64,000 bases of DNA from Eledone cirrhosa (lineage: Eukaryota). The translations under genes were made by a program, and so were the position numbers. Location: NCBI GenBank assembly GCA_964016885.1, contig OZ024743.1, positions 61,256,001 to 61,320,000 of the forward strand, given 5' to 3'. This document shows positions 40,480 through 53,228 of this stretch, piece after piece. The number at the start of each line of letters is the position of its first letter. Positions within the stretch are counted from its first letter, which is position 1. Below the pieces are notes generated by a model, which saw only the letters and a list, made by a program, of their open reading frames with translations, ran no database searches and was not told where the DNA came from.

Positions 40480-42435
40480 ATTATAATTATTATTATAATT
40501 ATTATTACTATTTTTATTTTCTTTCATTATTGTTTCTGAGATTTTATCGACCCCGTAAGGATGAAAGGCGAGGTTAACTTTGCCTTTCATCCTTATGGGG
40601 TCGATAAAATAATGTACCAGTAATACACTGGGTAATTGCTGGCCTTGTGCCTAACGTAGAAACAATTATTGTTCCTGAGATATATGCCGAGTGTCTTCCT
40701 GACACCTAGGGCAAATAAATTCACAGTGTGCATTGGTAAGCCAGTTAATACAGCACATTGATTATAATTTTTTAAAAAACAAAAAAAAACAGTATACATA
40801 TATACACATGTGCATATGCTTATGTAAATACAAGGAGGGATATCAATCTTACAGAGATAGTGCTCTTCTCAATACGTGTGGAGAAAGGGTAAACCAGAAA
40901 TCATTCGCAAATATTGTTCTGTTCCTTTCTTGATCATTCCCAGTCCTCCCACAATTACTGGTATTGTAGCGGCCTTGAGGTGCCACATTTTCTCAATTTC
41001 AATAAGCAGATCTTTAGATTTTTGTAGCTTGTCAAATTCTTTTGCCGCAATATTGTGATCACATGGGATGCTCATATCTATCAATAAACAGACCTTGTTG
41101 TGTTAATCTTTTACAATGATGTCAGGTCTGTTTGCTTTTATGGTCCTGTCAGTATGTACAGGAAAGTCCCAGAGAATTATTACTTTTTCTCCTTCAGTTA
41201 CAGCCTCAGGGTGATGATTGTACCACTAATCTTCAGCTTTGATTTTGTAATGCTGACATATTACCCAGTGTAGATATTGGCTAACTCTGTCATGTCTATA
41301 TTTGTATTCTACTGGTGCTAAAACTTTACATCCAGAGACTAAGTGATCTACTGTTTCAACCTCAGCATTGCATAATCGGCACTTTGGGTTTATTCCGTTT
41401 CTCATCACATTGACCTGGTAATTACGAGTCAATAAGCTTTGATCTTGGACAGCTAAGATGAAGCCTTCACTCTCCGCCTTTAGCCCTGAACTACGTAGCC
41501 ACTGATGGGTGTTCTTTTGGTCAACATTAGCTTGTTTGCTACGGGCCACATATTTGCCATGCAGAGGTTTCTGCTCCCAATTTGATGCTAATTGTCCTTG
41601 CCCATTTGCTTTTGCCAGTGATTTTATGTGCCTAGCAACATCAGTTGCAACAGTTTCTTTAGTCTGTCCAGCCTGGGTATCAAGCATGAGATCAGTAGCA
41701 TATTTTTGGCTCTCCTTGAAGATAGAATGAAGCTTCTTACTTCTCTCATGCTTTTCTACAAGTTTCACCATACAGTCGTTAGTTGTTTCAAGGTATTTGG
41801 CCAGTCCAATGATGGTGGTCTTGTAAGCAAGTTCAAATTGGATCAGGCCACGGCCTCCTTGAGTTCTAGGAAGGTAAAGACGATCCACATCTGCTTATGG
41901 GTGATGCATCCTATTACAGGTCAGTAGCTTACGGACCTCAAGTTCCTTTATGATAGTTTCAGCATCCAATTCAATTGAGTCTGAGTTGACAAGCTTCCCC
42001 TTCTTGAAAGTCGCTTTTGCACACTTGTCAAGTCCAAACTCCATCCTGATGACATCGCTAACGTTTTTACTGTCTGCAAAAGGCCTTCCAGTTCGTCATT
42101 ATCTTTGCAATATAGCTTCAAATCATCAATATAAAATAGGTGGCTTATTTTTTTGTTGCCAATTAGTACCCTGTTCTATTAAGTTCGGATGTAAGGGGTA
42201 TTAAGCTATGCAGAAAAGGAAGGGTGAAAGTGAGTCACCCTGGAATATACCACAGTTGATGTTTATATTCCTAGAGCACAGTACCCCGGTGGAATTAGAC
42301 AATTGGAGATTTGTGTTCCATAATGACATATTGTGCTTCAGGAAGTTTGAGATCACAGGTGACATTTTGAAAATGTCCAGTGATTTCAGAATCCATGAGT
42401 GTGGAATGCTGTCAAAGGCTTTTTTATAATCGATC
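40480..42435 (-). mobile_element. R4/Dong-clade LINE, 3' part (RT C-terminus, CCHC, REL endonuclease, (TAA)n tail)
   Basis: IDYKKAFDS, GIFQGDSLSP, DRLYLPR..GGRGL, CRLC..ETVDHLVSGC..RHD, NRPDII, IDMSIP; frameshifted. Confidence 0.93.
40543..40670 (+). mobile_element. SINE with a fold-back 5' end and 17-bp TSD, inside the Dong 3' UTR
   Basis: TSD attattgtt(t/c)ctgagat at 40526-40542 and 40665-40681. Confidence 0.85.
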
Positions 42436-43769
42436 AGACACGATGATAGCCTAGAGATTGATTTTGACACAGCCTTTCAAATTTGGCCAACATCTTTATA
42501 ACTTTGAGATTGGTTATAACACACACATTTTATTTTATTTGAATCTTTATTTTCTTATTTTTCATTTATTTTCTAATTTCTTCATTTTATTGCCTTTTAT
42601 TTCTTCATATACATGCCCCACCCCCCACCACCACCGCCACCACGAGAAATGGTGGCAGGATGGATGCAGTCACACACAGATACTTCTAAAATCAGCAGCA
42701 GCAAGACCTAGGCTGACCGCAGCACCAACACCACTACCAAAATAAGGGTAGAGGTCAGATATACTTAACAATAGCAAAAACAAACACTACAGATAGCCTC
42801 ATCCCAGAAATAATTTCTATAGACTTTTGACTGAGGAATGCTCTCACAACTGACCAATGGGAGGAGTTGATCTTACAAATCTTTCTAACTTTGAGATTGG
42901 TTATAACACACACACATTTTATTTGATTATCTTATTTTATTCTTTTACCATCTTATTCCTTCTACCACTTTCTCATTTTTTTGTTTAATTATTTGCTTAT
43001 ATTATCTTATTTTCATTTTCTATTTTCTTCACTTTATTGCCTTTTATTTCTTTATATGATTGCCCCCCCCCCCATCACCACCACGAGAAATGGTGACAGG
43101 ATGGATGCAAAAATACACAGATACTTCTAAAATCAGCAGCAGCAAGACCTAGGCTGACCGCACCACTACCAAAATAAGGGTAGAGGCCAGATGTACTTAA
43201 CAATAGCAAAAACAAACACTAAAGATACCCCCACCCCAGAAGCAATTTCTATAGACTGCTGACTGAGGAATGCTCTCACAACTGACCAATGGGAGGCGTG
43301 GATCTTACAAATCTTTCTAACTTTGAGATTGGTTATAACACACACATATTTTATTTGATTATCTTATTTTATTCTCTGACCATATTATTCCTTCTACCAT
43401 TTTATCATTTTTATCATTTTATCATTTTATCATTTTTATCATTTTATCATTTTTTTGAGCTGACTCCAACACCAACACCACTACCAACATAAGAGTAGAG
43501 GTCAGATGTACTTAACAATAACAAGAACATCCACTACAGATTGCCTCGCCTCAGAACGAATTTCTATAGACTTTTGACTGAGGAATGTTCTCACAACTGA
43601 CCAATGGGAGGAGAGGATGTCCTCAGACGCTGAACTTCGTTTGTTTAAATTCATATGATTCCAGTTCCTCAGTGAAATAACAACCCAACCAGGAACTGGG
43701 CATATCAGAGTATTAACAAAGTTAAACACCTCAACAACATGTGTACTCGTCTCTACCACACTAATTCGA

Positions 43770-43824
43770 ACTGCCTGAAGAGGTCACAGCCAAAGATGGC
43801 TGTCACCGAAATATATATAGCAGT
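43770..43824 (+). ncRNA. Hammerhead ribozyme family A, copy 2
   Basis: Identical to 33135-33189. Confidence 0.9.
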
Positions 43825-44734
43825 AATAAACGAAGCCAAATTTTAAATATTTGACTTATTTATTTTAGTTTATTTTACATTACTCCGGAGTAACCAAACC
43901 AACCTGCGCACCTCGTCGAGTGCTCAAATCTGCATACTGAGGTGTTGGTATACAACCAACATATACTCAAAATTTATATATATATATCCAGGAAACAGTT
44001 TTCTATCTCCCTTTCTTCAACCACACGACTAAAAGCTTGAAACTCGATACAAATACTAAGTTTCACAAACCCTGATCATCACACATGGTGACAGCACAAA
44101 TAACCCATCCAATCATTACGTATAATAGTTGCATTTACATGTAGAGGCCAAGTTACTGTTGTTACAATTGCATTTGTTGCTGTTGTAGTTGTTGCAATGA
44201 ATATAATTGTAGTATTCTCGAGTTTTACTGTTTAGTCTGAGTAGGGATAGTGCCCATAATTGGTTTCAGGGTCTCCGAGACAGATGGAGAGATGAATGAA
44301 GGTATACTCATGTCGGAGACCTGGCCTGAATGCTTGCAACTGAGTGAACTCCTCTAAGGAGATCAAGTGTAAAAACAAAAACAAAAATAGGAGCTAGTTG
44401 TCAGATAGGATCTAGAAAATATTGTTTTCATTGCTGTTACTATCCACTGGCCGTAAGAGCAGTATTTAGACGTATAGTGTTAGTTATTGCTATTATAGTT
44501 GCAATTGTTGCAAATTCAACTGCTGCTGCTGAAACAGCAGTAAAGGAATCGCAGAAAGACCTGTGACATGGGTGACGTCATTTTATTTCAGGAAATAACA
44601 ATAAATTCCAATGGCCCAACATAGAAACTTCATACCTTCAAGAACAGGGAAGTTTTTTACTTTAATAAATAATAGTTAAATTATTCCCCCCCTCTCTCTC
44701 TCTCTTTATATGTATGTATATGTATATATGTATG

Positions 44735-44798
<64 letters not shown>

Positions 44799-44989
44799 TA
44801 GAAGTTAATATGTCCAGGGATACTAGGTACCCCTAGAAATACATAGGTTGTCTATGATTCAAGGTTGTTCAATGGTGTTAATTTGATACACCAGAACTTT
44901 AATATTAAGATAAGCAGAACAAGTAAAATTCAATCAATTTTTCAAAATACATTTAAAAAATATAATATAAATATTTACCTCTTCTAGTG

Positions 44990-45071
44990 GCCCTTACTGA
45001 TCAGTTTCGCTTTGTAAAACCTCATAAATCCGATGGATTTATGATGGAAAACCAAAGCTCATCAGAGAAGC
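44990..45071 (-). ncRNA. Hammerhead ribozyme family B
   Basis: Same sequence as 34383-34464. Confidence 0.88.
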
Positions 45072-45475
45072 ATTTTCCCTTCCTAGGGCTAAACGTCCCA
45101 GGAACGACAAAATATACAACCTCCTGCCAGCTAATAAAGGTCTGAAAGGTCGTAAAATTGACCCGTATGTAAACTGGACCGAAGTAAAAGCGGGAAAATC
45201 AAAGACTTGCTGTCTACAATTACTACTAAAAAAATAGCAGCCAAGTAGAGCAACAGATTTGTTCTCAACGGACGGAGAAAAAGGTAGAAGTTAATATGTC
45301 CAGGGATACTAGGTACCCCTAGAAATACATAGGTTGTCTATGATTCAAGGTTGTTCAATGGTGTTAATTTGATACACCAGAACTTTAATATTAAGATAAG
45401 CAGAACAAGTAAAATTCAATCAATTTTTCAAAATACATTTAAAAAATATAATATAAATATTTACCTCTTCTAGTG

Positions 45476-45557
45476 GCCCTTACTGATCAGTTTCGCTTTG
45501 TAAAACCTCATAAATCCGATGGATTTATGATGGAAAACCAAAGCTCATCAGAGAAGC
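45476..45557 (-). ncRNA. Hammerhead ribozyme family B
   Basis: Tandem copy 486 bp from the previous one. Confidence 0.88.
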
Positions 45558-46017
45558 ATTTTCCCTTCCTAGGACTAAACGTCCCAGGAACGACAAAATA
45601 TACAACCTCCTGCCAGCTAATAAAGGTCTGAAAGGTCGTAAAATTGACCCGTATGTAAATTGGACCGAAGTAAAAGCGGGAAAATCAAAGACTTGCTGTC
45701 TACAATTACTACTAAAAAAATAGCAGCCAAGTAGAGCAACAGATTTGTTCTCAACGGACGGAGAAAAAGGTAGAAGTTAATATGTCCAGGGATACTAGGT
45801 ACCCCTAGAAATACATAGGTTGTCTATGATTCAAGGTTGTTCAATGGTGTTAATTTGATACACCAGAACTTTAATATTAAGATAAGCAGAACAAGTAAAA
45901 TTCAATCAATTTTTCAAAATACATTTAAAAATTTTACGACCTTTCAGACCTTTATTAGCTGGCAGGAGGTTGTATATTTTGTCGTTCCTGGGACGTTTAG
46001 CCCTAGGAAGGGAAAAT

Positions 46018-46099
46018 GCTTCTCTGATGAGCTTTGGTTTTCCATCATAAATCCATCGGATTTATGAGGTTTTACAAATCGAAACTGATCAGTAAGGGC
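46018..46099 (+). ncRNA. Hammerhead ribozyme family B (stem II mismatch)
   Basis: Inverted copy; caaagc is changed to caaatc. Confidence 0.8.
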
Positions 46100-46423
46100 C
46101 ACTAGAAGAGGTAAATATTTATATTATATTTTTTAAATGTATTTTGAAAAATTGATTGAATTTTACTTGTTCTGCTTATCTTAATATATATATATATATA
46201 TATTTATTACTTAAATATAAGTATGTACACGTACATACATATATGTATACAGGCGTACAGTAGTATGTATATATATATACATACATGCACACATATATAT
46301 ATGTACGTATGGATTCACCGAACATTTATTATAATGCTCGGTGTGTTTGTAAACAACCATCCCGTATTAAGCCGTAGTGTCCAGCAACCATCGTTGCTCG
46401 TTTGTTCAACACTGACAAAGGAA

Positions 46424-46464
46424 CGCTGTACTAGTTTCAAGCTTATTAGCTATCGTCAGCAACG
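46424..46464 (-). ncRNA. Minimal hammerhead ribozyme family C, copy 2
   Basis: Identical to 35333-35373. Confidence 0.8.
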
Positions 46465-46820
46465 TATACCTTCCTGCCAGATTGTTGAACGTATATACTT
46501 ACCTTATGTATATTAACAGCTGAGAAGCGCAATTTGCATATCGAGTGGGTTAATCAGCCGGGTGCACCAAAAACGATAAACGGAAATAATGAAACGAAAT
46601 TTCATTTCCCACTCTTAGTACGGCTGTTACTTAAATATAAGTATGTACACGTACATACATATATGTATACAGACGTACAGTAGTATGTATATATATATAC
46701 ATACATGCACACATATATATATGTACGTATGGATTCACCGAACATTTATTATAATGCTCGGTGTGTTTGTAAACAAACATCCCGTATTAAACCGTAGTGT
46801 CCAGCAACCATCGTTGCTCG

Positions 46821-47384
46821 TTTTTATAATCGATCCATGCAGAACTGAGATTTCAGTGTTTATCATGACAGCTCTCAAGGATCATACGGTTAATCAAAAG
46901 TTGATATTTGCAACCATATGAACCTCGTCGGCACCCTTTTTGTTCAATGGGGAAAAGATTGTTCTCCTCCAAAAACACGTATGCTTTTCCCATGAGAATA
47001 GAGGTTAATAGTTTATAAGTGGTGGACAAGCAGGTTATGGGCCGATAGTTTTTTGGATCTTTGGTTTCGTTGTTCTTTCGTAGAAGGTAGGTAATGCCAC
47101 TTGCTATCCAATCAGGTGTATTTTTTTGATCTTTCATAATTCCATTAAACAGCTTGACCAATATATTGTCAGTGCACGGGAGTGAGGAAAGCCAGAAATT
47201 TGGCACTCTGTCTCTACCAGGAGATTTCCATTTACGAGATTTATTGAGTGCTGTCCTTAAGTCCGCTATAGAGATGTCTTCCCACGCCTGTTCTTCTAAA
47301 TTTGTGTTGGATTTTTCCAGGCGACTAATCCAATCTACATTAGCATTATGTCTTCTCATCACTCCAAATCTTACTCCAGAAGTT
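46821..47384 (-). mobile_element. R4/Dong-clade LINE, 5' continuation of the copy at 40480-42435
   Basis: WKSPGRDRVPNFWL, NYRPITCL, EQKGCRRGSYGCK, then LSSAWIDYK joining across the TSD. Confidence 0.92.
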
Positions 47385-47479
47385 TTCAACTTCTATGGGA
47401 TAGATAAAATAAAGTACCAGTAATGTACTGGTAATTGCTGGCCTTGTGCCAAAAGTAGAAACAATTATTATTATTATTA
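47385..47479 (+). mobile_element. 5'-truncated SINE
   Basis: Core 3' half, tail and (ATT)n. Confidence 0.85.
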
Positions 47480-50400
47480 CAGTTGCATTTATCTTGCTTT
47501 CTGTTCATACGAGTTATCACCAAGTCACAACCAGTGACCTCAAGAGACAACAAGGTCTGCCATTTTTCAAGAAAGAACATACATACACACACATGCATAT
47601 TTAGGTGTTTAGACTTGTGATGAATCTATATTGACAGAATCTTCCTTAGTATATGGGCAGTTTCCATTAGTGCTATCTTTTGTATTTCTCCTATACGCGG
47701 GTTTCCTGGGATTTGCGATAAGTAATCATTAGCCCCTATGGTATAATTCCTAGAGCGCCTACAACCACTGGTATTGTTTTAGTTCTCAATTTCTACATTT
47801 TTTCCAATTTCTATCTCCAGGTCCTTATACTTGCTCAATTTTTCAAATGTTTTTATAGATACATTCTTGTCTATTGGAACGGACATATCAATTAGCAGGC
47901 ATACCCTCTTTTTAAAGTCCTTCAGTATTATATCAGGTCTATTTGCATATATTTTTCGGTCTGTTTGGATGCTAATGTTCCACAAGATTGAGATGTGATC
48001 TATTTCAAGTATGGGAGGTGGTTGATGCTTCCACCAATTCTTTTGATGGGGCAGGTGAAAATGCTTACACATTATCCAATGTATGTATTGTGCAGCTCTG
48101 TCGTGCCTGTTTAGGTATTCGGTTGGAGCTATAGGACTGCACATTGAAATTATATGATCAATGGTCTCTGGTTGTTTTTTACATACACGGCATAATGGGT
48201 TGCATCCAACTTTTATTATGTTGGCTTGGTAATTTTTTGTTGGCAGACACTGATCTTGTGCTGATATAATAAGACCTTCAGTCTCCGATTTCAGTCCAGA
48301 GGATGCCAACCACTGATGGGTTAAAGTTTTGTCAACATCAGGATTGTTAGCTCTTTCTGGGTATTTTCCATACAGAGGCTTTGCTTGCCATTTCTTAGCC
48401 AGTTTCTGTAGCAGTTCTTTGCAGTTACTTTTACCTGCTTTGCTTTTTCTGTGTTTTTCATTTCAGCAGTAAATGGAAATTCTGAAATTTGTAGTCCATT
48501 GCTGTATCTTTGTGCATCTTTTGTAATGGAATATGATCTTTTGATGCTTTCGTGTTTCAAAACGAGTTTGATCATCCAATCATGTGATTCCCTTAGATAT
48601 GTAGATAATCCAATTGTTGCAGTTTTCAACGCAATATCTAACCGGATTAACCCACGTCCTCCTTCTTTCCTAGGGAGATATATTCTATCTGTATCTGCCT
48701 TAGGGTGATGCATTCTGTGCATGGTTAAGACTTTTCTCATTTTTGTATCGAGCCTACGGATCTCTGTGCTTGATCAGTTGATGACATTATAACTGTAGGT
48801 TACTACTGGTATGGCAAGCGTGTTTATGGCATCGATCCTATTCCTTGCATTCAATTCCGTTCTTAAGATTGCACTTACTCTGCGGTAACATTCCTTCCTT
48901 ATCCTTTCCTTCATTGTCGAGTGCTTGATTCCGTCTCCTTCACAAACACCTAGATATTTGTAAGTTTCCTCTTGATCAAGTTCTCTTATCACATTCCCCC
49001 GATCAAGATTAATGTCTGAACTTTTCAGCAACTTTCCTCTGGTGAACGTTGCTTTGGCGCATTTATCTAGTCCAAACTCCATTTTAAAGTCATCACTGAA
49101 CTGCTTCACAGTGGATAGCTTTACAGTGGATAATAGCCCTTGCAATTATTCATCATTTTTTGCAAATAGTTTCAGGTCATCCATGTAGAACAAGTGATTA
49201 ATGGTTTTGTCATAGACTTTATATCCATGTTTTGTTTCATTGAGCATTTTACTTAATGGTATAAGTGCGATGCAGAATAAAAGCGGTGATAAAGAGTCAC
49301 CCTAAAATATTCCACAATTAATATTAACTTCTCCAGCTTCCAGTGATCTTTTTTCACTATTCAAAAGGAGTGTCGTTTTCCATGTCTTCATACTGAATGA
49401 CAGGAACCTCCTGACAACGGGAGATATTTTGAAAATCTCTAAACATTTTTCAATCCAAATGTGTGGCAAACTATCGAATGCTTTTTTGTAATCTATCTCA
49501 GCAATTGATATATTTTTGTGTTTATTATGACAGTCTTCCAGTATCATTTTGTTAACCAAAAGCTGATCTTTACAGCTATATGAGCCTCGTTTACACCCTT
49601 TCTGCTCATTGGGAAATAGATCATTTGTTATCAGGTGATCTAAGGTATATTCAGTTAGGACTGATGTTAAAAGTTTATACATTGTGGTCAAGGAAGTTAT
49701 CGGTCTGTAATTTTTGGGATTGTTTGTCTCATCATTCTTCGGAAGTAGGAATTTAATGCCGTTAACTAGCCATGATGGTATCTTTTCTGGCTCCTTAACC
49801 ATTTCATTGTAAAGTTGGGCTAACAGATCATGTGACTCTGTGAAGGCATTTATCAAAAAATTTGGTATTTTGTCTTTTCCTGGGGATTTCCATTTGCTGA
49901 TTTTTCTAAGAGCCAAACGCAACTGTTCAACTGTTATATTTTTCCCATGTTTGTTCCTCAAGTTGAGCTGTATCTTTCATTTGTCTGTCTATCCATGGGG
50001 CATGTATATTATGAACTTTTTCTTCGGCCCAGATCTTTTCCCAGAATTCTTGGGTGGTATTGATTTGACAGTTATTGTTGACTTGCCAATTTTTCTGTAG
50101 AAGTTTCTTTGGTTGTTTTTTTAACATATTATTGTCCTTATAGAATCTAGATCGTTTTTCAAAGCGTCTTATATGAGCAGCTTTGGCCGACACCTTTTGC
50201 TTGATTATTTCTATCAGCATGTCTATGTCACTTGTTGATTTTATACTGTATTTTCTTTTCAATTTTCTAAGTTTAGTTTGTTTAACATGTTCACCTACTT
50301 AGTAGTTTGTTAAAATTTCTATGTCAGATCGGAGAAGGTTTATTTGGCGATTGATGTTCTCTTACCAAGTAGGTTTCTTGTGGGAATTCCTTTGTTTTTT

Positions 50401-51420
50401 CATTTTCACTCCACATAAGTCAGTGGTGACTTTAGCCGATGCATAATAGAGATGATTTAGATCAGTAATGTTTAGTTTGTTTGTGATGATAATGTTTTTG
50501 AGAATTTTGTTAGTCTTGTGTATTATCTTTTGGTTCTGTTTGGAGTTCTGGATCTTAGGGAGAGTGTCTCGTTCCCCAATGTCAGATTCTTTCATTTTCA
50601 TCCATTCGATCATAATTTCATTCTTATTCATTTCTTTATCATTTACGATCTCATTGTTTTCATGTTGAGTTTCATCTTGGGTATGCACTCCCTCCACTTT
50701 TTCGATCCTTTCTTTAATTTGTTCTGCTGTCAGTGATTCCGCTCCAACCCTGGGATTCGAAGTGTTACAATTTACCTCGGTTTCACTGACACATGTTTCA
50801 TTTTCCCTTCGCTGACTTTGTGCTAATTGCTTGATCTGATCAATTTCTATATCAGTTAGTAACTTTTTTTTAACAATATTTCTTCTATATTGGCTCGTTT
50901 GTTACTGTCAATATAGCCTCTGTTTTCGGGATGTTTCTTTTTCCAGTTGATATATGTCTGTTCTGTATTCGATCTATTTGATGGGTAGTACATGGCAGTG
51001 TAGAAAGCCTCAAGGACTTCTTTATTGTCTTCCCTTGACAATTTTTCTCTCTTTTTCTTTGGATTTCTTGGTAGTGAGCATGGAGGGCCAACAGTAGGAG
51101 TATTCCGGTTATAGGAAGTCTCCAGCTCTGAATTGATGAGAAGGTTTGAACCATTAGCTGATTTTTCGACCCCAGTCTTGTTCCTCTCTGAGGGACGCGG
51201 TCCTTTTTGACTCGGGTGACTGCCGATCCGGTATGAGATTTTATCATTTGACATTGGCTTTATTTTGTTGCGTTTTATCCTTAACCGCCAAGGTGTAATC
51301 ATTTCGTGTTACCACTCCTAGGACGAGTGTCAACCAAGAATAGAAGAGTCGTCTTCCCCTAGAGACACGGCTATTCCCCGCCGGCCGCCATCCCGGTATT
51401 TCTTTGTCACGGTGTTTTCT
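47464..51420 (-). mobile_element. Near full-length R4/Dong-clade LINE, frameshifted single ORF
   Basis: WKSPGKD, NYRPIT, DYKKAFDS, HLFYMDDLK, FGLDKCA, YKYLG, GGRGL, CRVC..H..C..RHD, NRPDII, ETAHILRKILS; (TAA)n tail. Confidence 0.95.
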
Positions 51421-51679
51421 TTTTTTTTTTTTTAAATTGTTATTATCATGAGCTGTTCCTTAATGTGAGCAGTGCGTGGTTTAAGAATGAAATTATTATT
51501 AATAATATAATATACTTTTTGTTGAAGTTGCCTGTTGTTGTTGTTGGCTATGTCGGTGGTGGTGCTGGGGCTTTTTCTATTGTTGGTGAGGAAGGGGGTA
51601 GCCAGCAGTGCCATAGTCGTTGACGTTTGACCGGGTCACTAAGTCAGTCTATTTATATCTTTTGCTAGCCTCTCCCTTG

Positions 51680-53228
51680 TCTAGTGATACCGCCATGGTC
51701 CGACAGCGTCGTGGGACGTTGGACGGACGGACCGGTTAAATTGCTCGGGGTCTGGTTCGGACCGGACCTCCAGATGGAGAAAAACTGGAACGATGTGACG
51801 AGCAAGGTGGCCTCCCTCACCCAGAAATGGGCCGAGAGGAAGCTGTCCCTGAAAGGCCGGGCGGAAGTGGCGAATGCGTACATCGCATCCGTCATCTGCT
51901 ACCGCCTCACCGTCGTCCCTTGCTCCGGCCCAACTCTCACCAAAACGGAGTGCCTCCTCTTCCGCTTTTTGTGGAAGGGACGCGCTCCCATGGTCAGACG
52001 ATCCATCTGCTGTCAGCACCCGTTGCATGGAGGACTGGGCATGCCATGGCTGATGATGCGCAAACATGCGTTGAGGCTGCGACATCTCTAGTGCTTCTTT
52101 GACGGTGAACAGCTGTGGTCACCGTTCGCCAGGCACGTTTTCCCACAGCTCGTCTCCTTGACGGAGCTGCAGTCCTGGGTCAGAAAAAGACCGAGGGATA
52201 GCGTTTGGAAACTGGAATGTCTCCAGGCGCTCACTGCCTTCTGCCAGCTGAGAACCAGTATCGGTGGAACATCCACCGTTCTATAGAGGACTAGTGGAGG
52301 GGAAGAGCGACAACGTTCTCGGAGAGATCCTGGGCGTCGACGAAGATCAGATGTTTGCTCTCTTCCGGAGAACTTTCAGCCCAGGGCCTATGGATAACTT
52401 CCAAAAATCCCTGGCCTGGCAGTGCTACCGGGGAGCGCTGCCGGTTCGAGATAAGCTCTACAGGCACGGAAGTGCCGTCAGCCGAGCCTGTCCGAGATGC
52501 GCGCAGAGCGACGAAACCGTCGTTCACGCACTCGTTCAGTGCCCGAGCATTGCTGACTTGTGGAGCTATGTCGAACATTTGCTGTCGCGTGTAGGACTGA
52601 TCCGGTTATCGACTAAGTCCATTGTGCAGATGGTCTCGCCGTCTTCCTTCGAGGAGGAAGGGCAGGCGGTTTTCATCTGCCTGGTGGCCATGGCGAAAGA
52701 GATTGTGTGGTGGACAAGGTTGAAAGGGTTAAAGACAGACACTTTCCTGTTCGGCGAATCCCTAATTAACTTTTTCAAGTTTCACTTGAAGAGGAAAATC
52801 AGGGTGGAGAGGCAAGTGCTGCCTTCTAGCAAGTTTGTTGAAAGGTGGGTGAATGTAGCGAGAATGGTCCGAGTAAACGGGACCGCTCTGAATATACGTC
52901 TGTAGTTTGAGAAATGGAAAAATTGAGAGAGGGCGCTTGCTCTGGTGGTCAGGGTGGCCGTGGTCTTTTGTGTGGTTTTCGCCACGAGTAACCCTCGGAG
53001 GCGCCCCCCCCCTATTGGGGAATTTTTCATTGTTTCAATTTTCATTTTTATTGTTTATATATATATATATGCTTCTATGTCTTTTTTATTTTCTTATATA
53101 AATAATAAAAATATTTACACGCACAGAACCCACATCGTACCGTCCTATACCGTCCTGTGCCGTTTGTAATGTTTTTCTTGATGTCAGCCCTTGTGGCCAA
53201 TAAAGAAATCATTATTATTATTATTATT
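51680..53228 (+). mobile_element. Tx1/L1-clade LINE, 5'-truncated (array member 1)
   Basis: VKLLGVWFG, LSLKGRAEV, GGLGMP, CPRC...H...C; stop at 52905; (ATT)n tail. Confidence 0.95.

Larger units (their letters stand above)
44796..46185 (-). mobile_element. 486-bp HHR repeat: 2.3 tandem units plus an inverted segment
   Basis: Unit starts at 44796, 45282 and 45768; inversion from about 45931. Confidence 0.88.
42436..46820. mobile_element. ORF-less multi-ribozyme cassette, copy 2, inserted with a 15-bp TSD
   Basis: tttttataatcgatc at 42421-42435 and 46821-46835; splits the Dong RT at AWIDYKKAFDS. Confidence 0.93.

Noticed and set aside
51300-51420. HDV-like ribozyme in the Dong 5' UTR
   Set aside because: Hairpins exist, but I could not build the nested double pseudoknot by eye.
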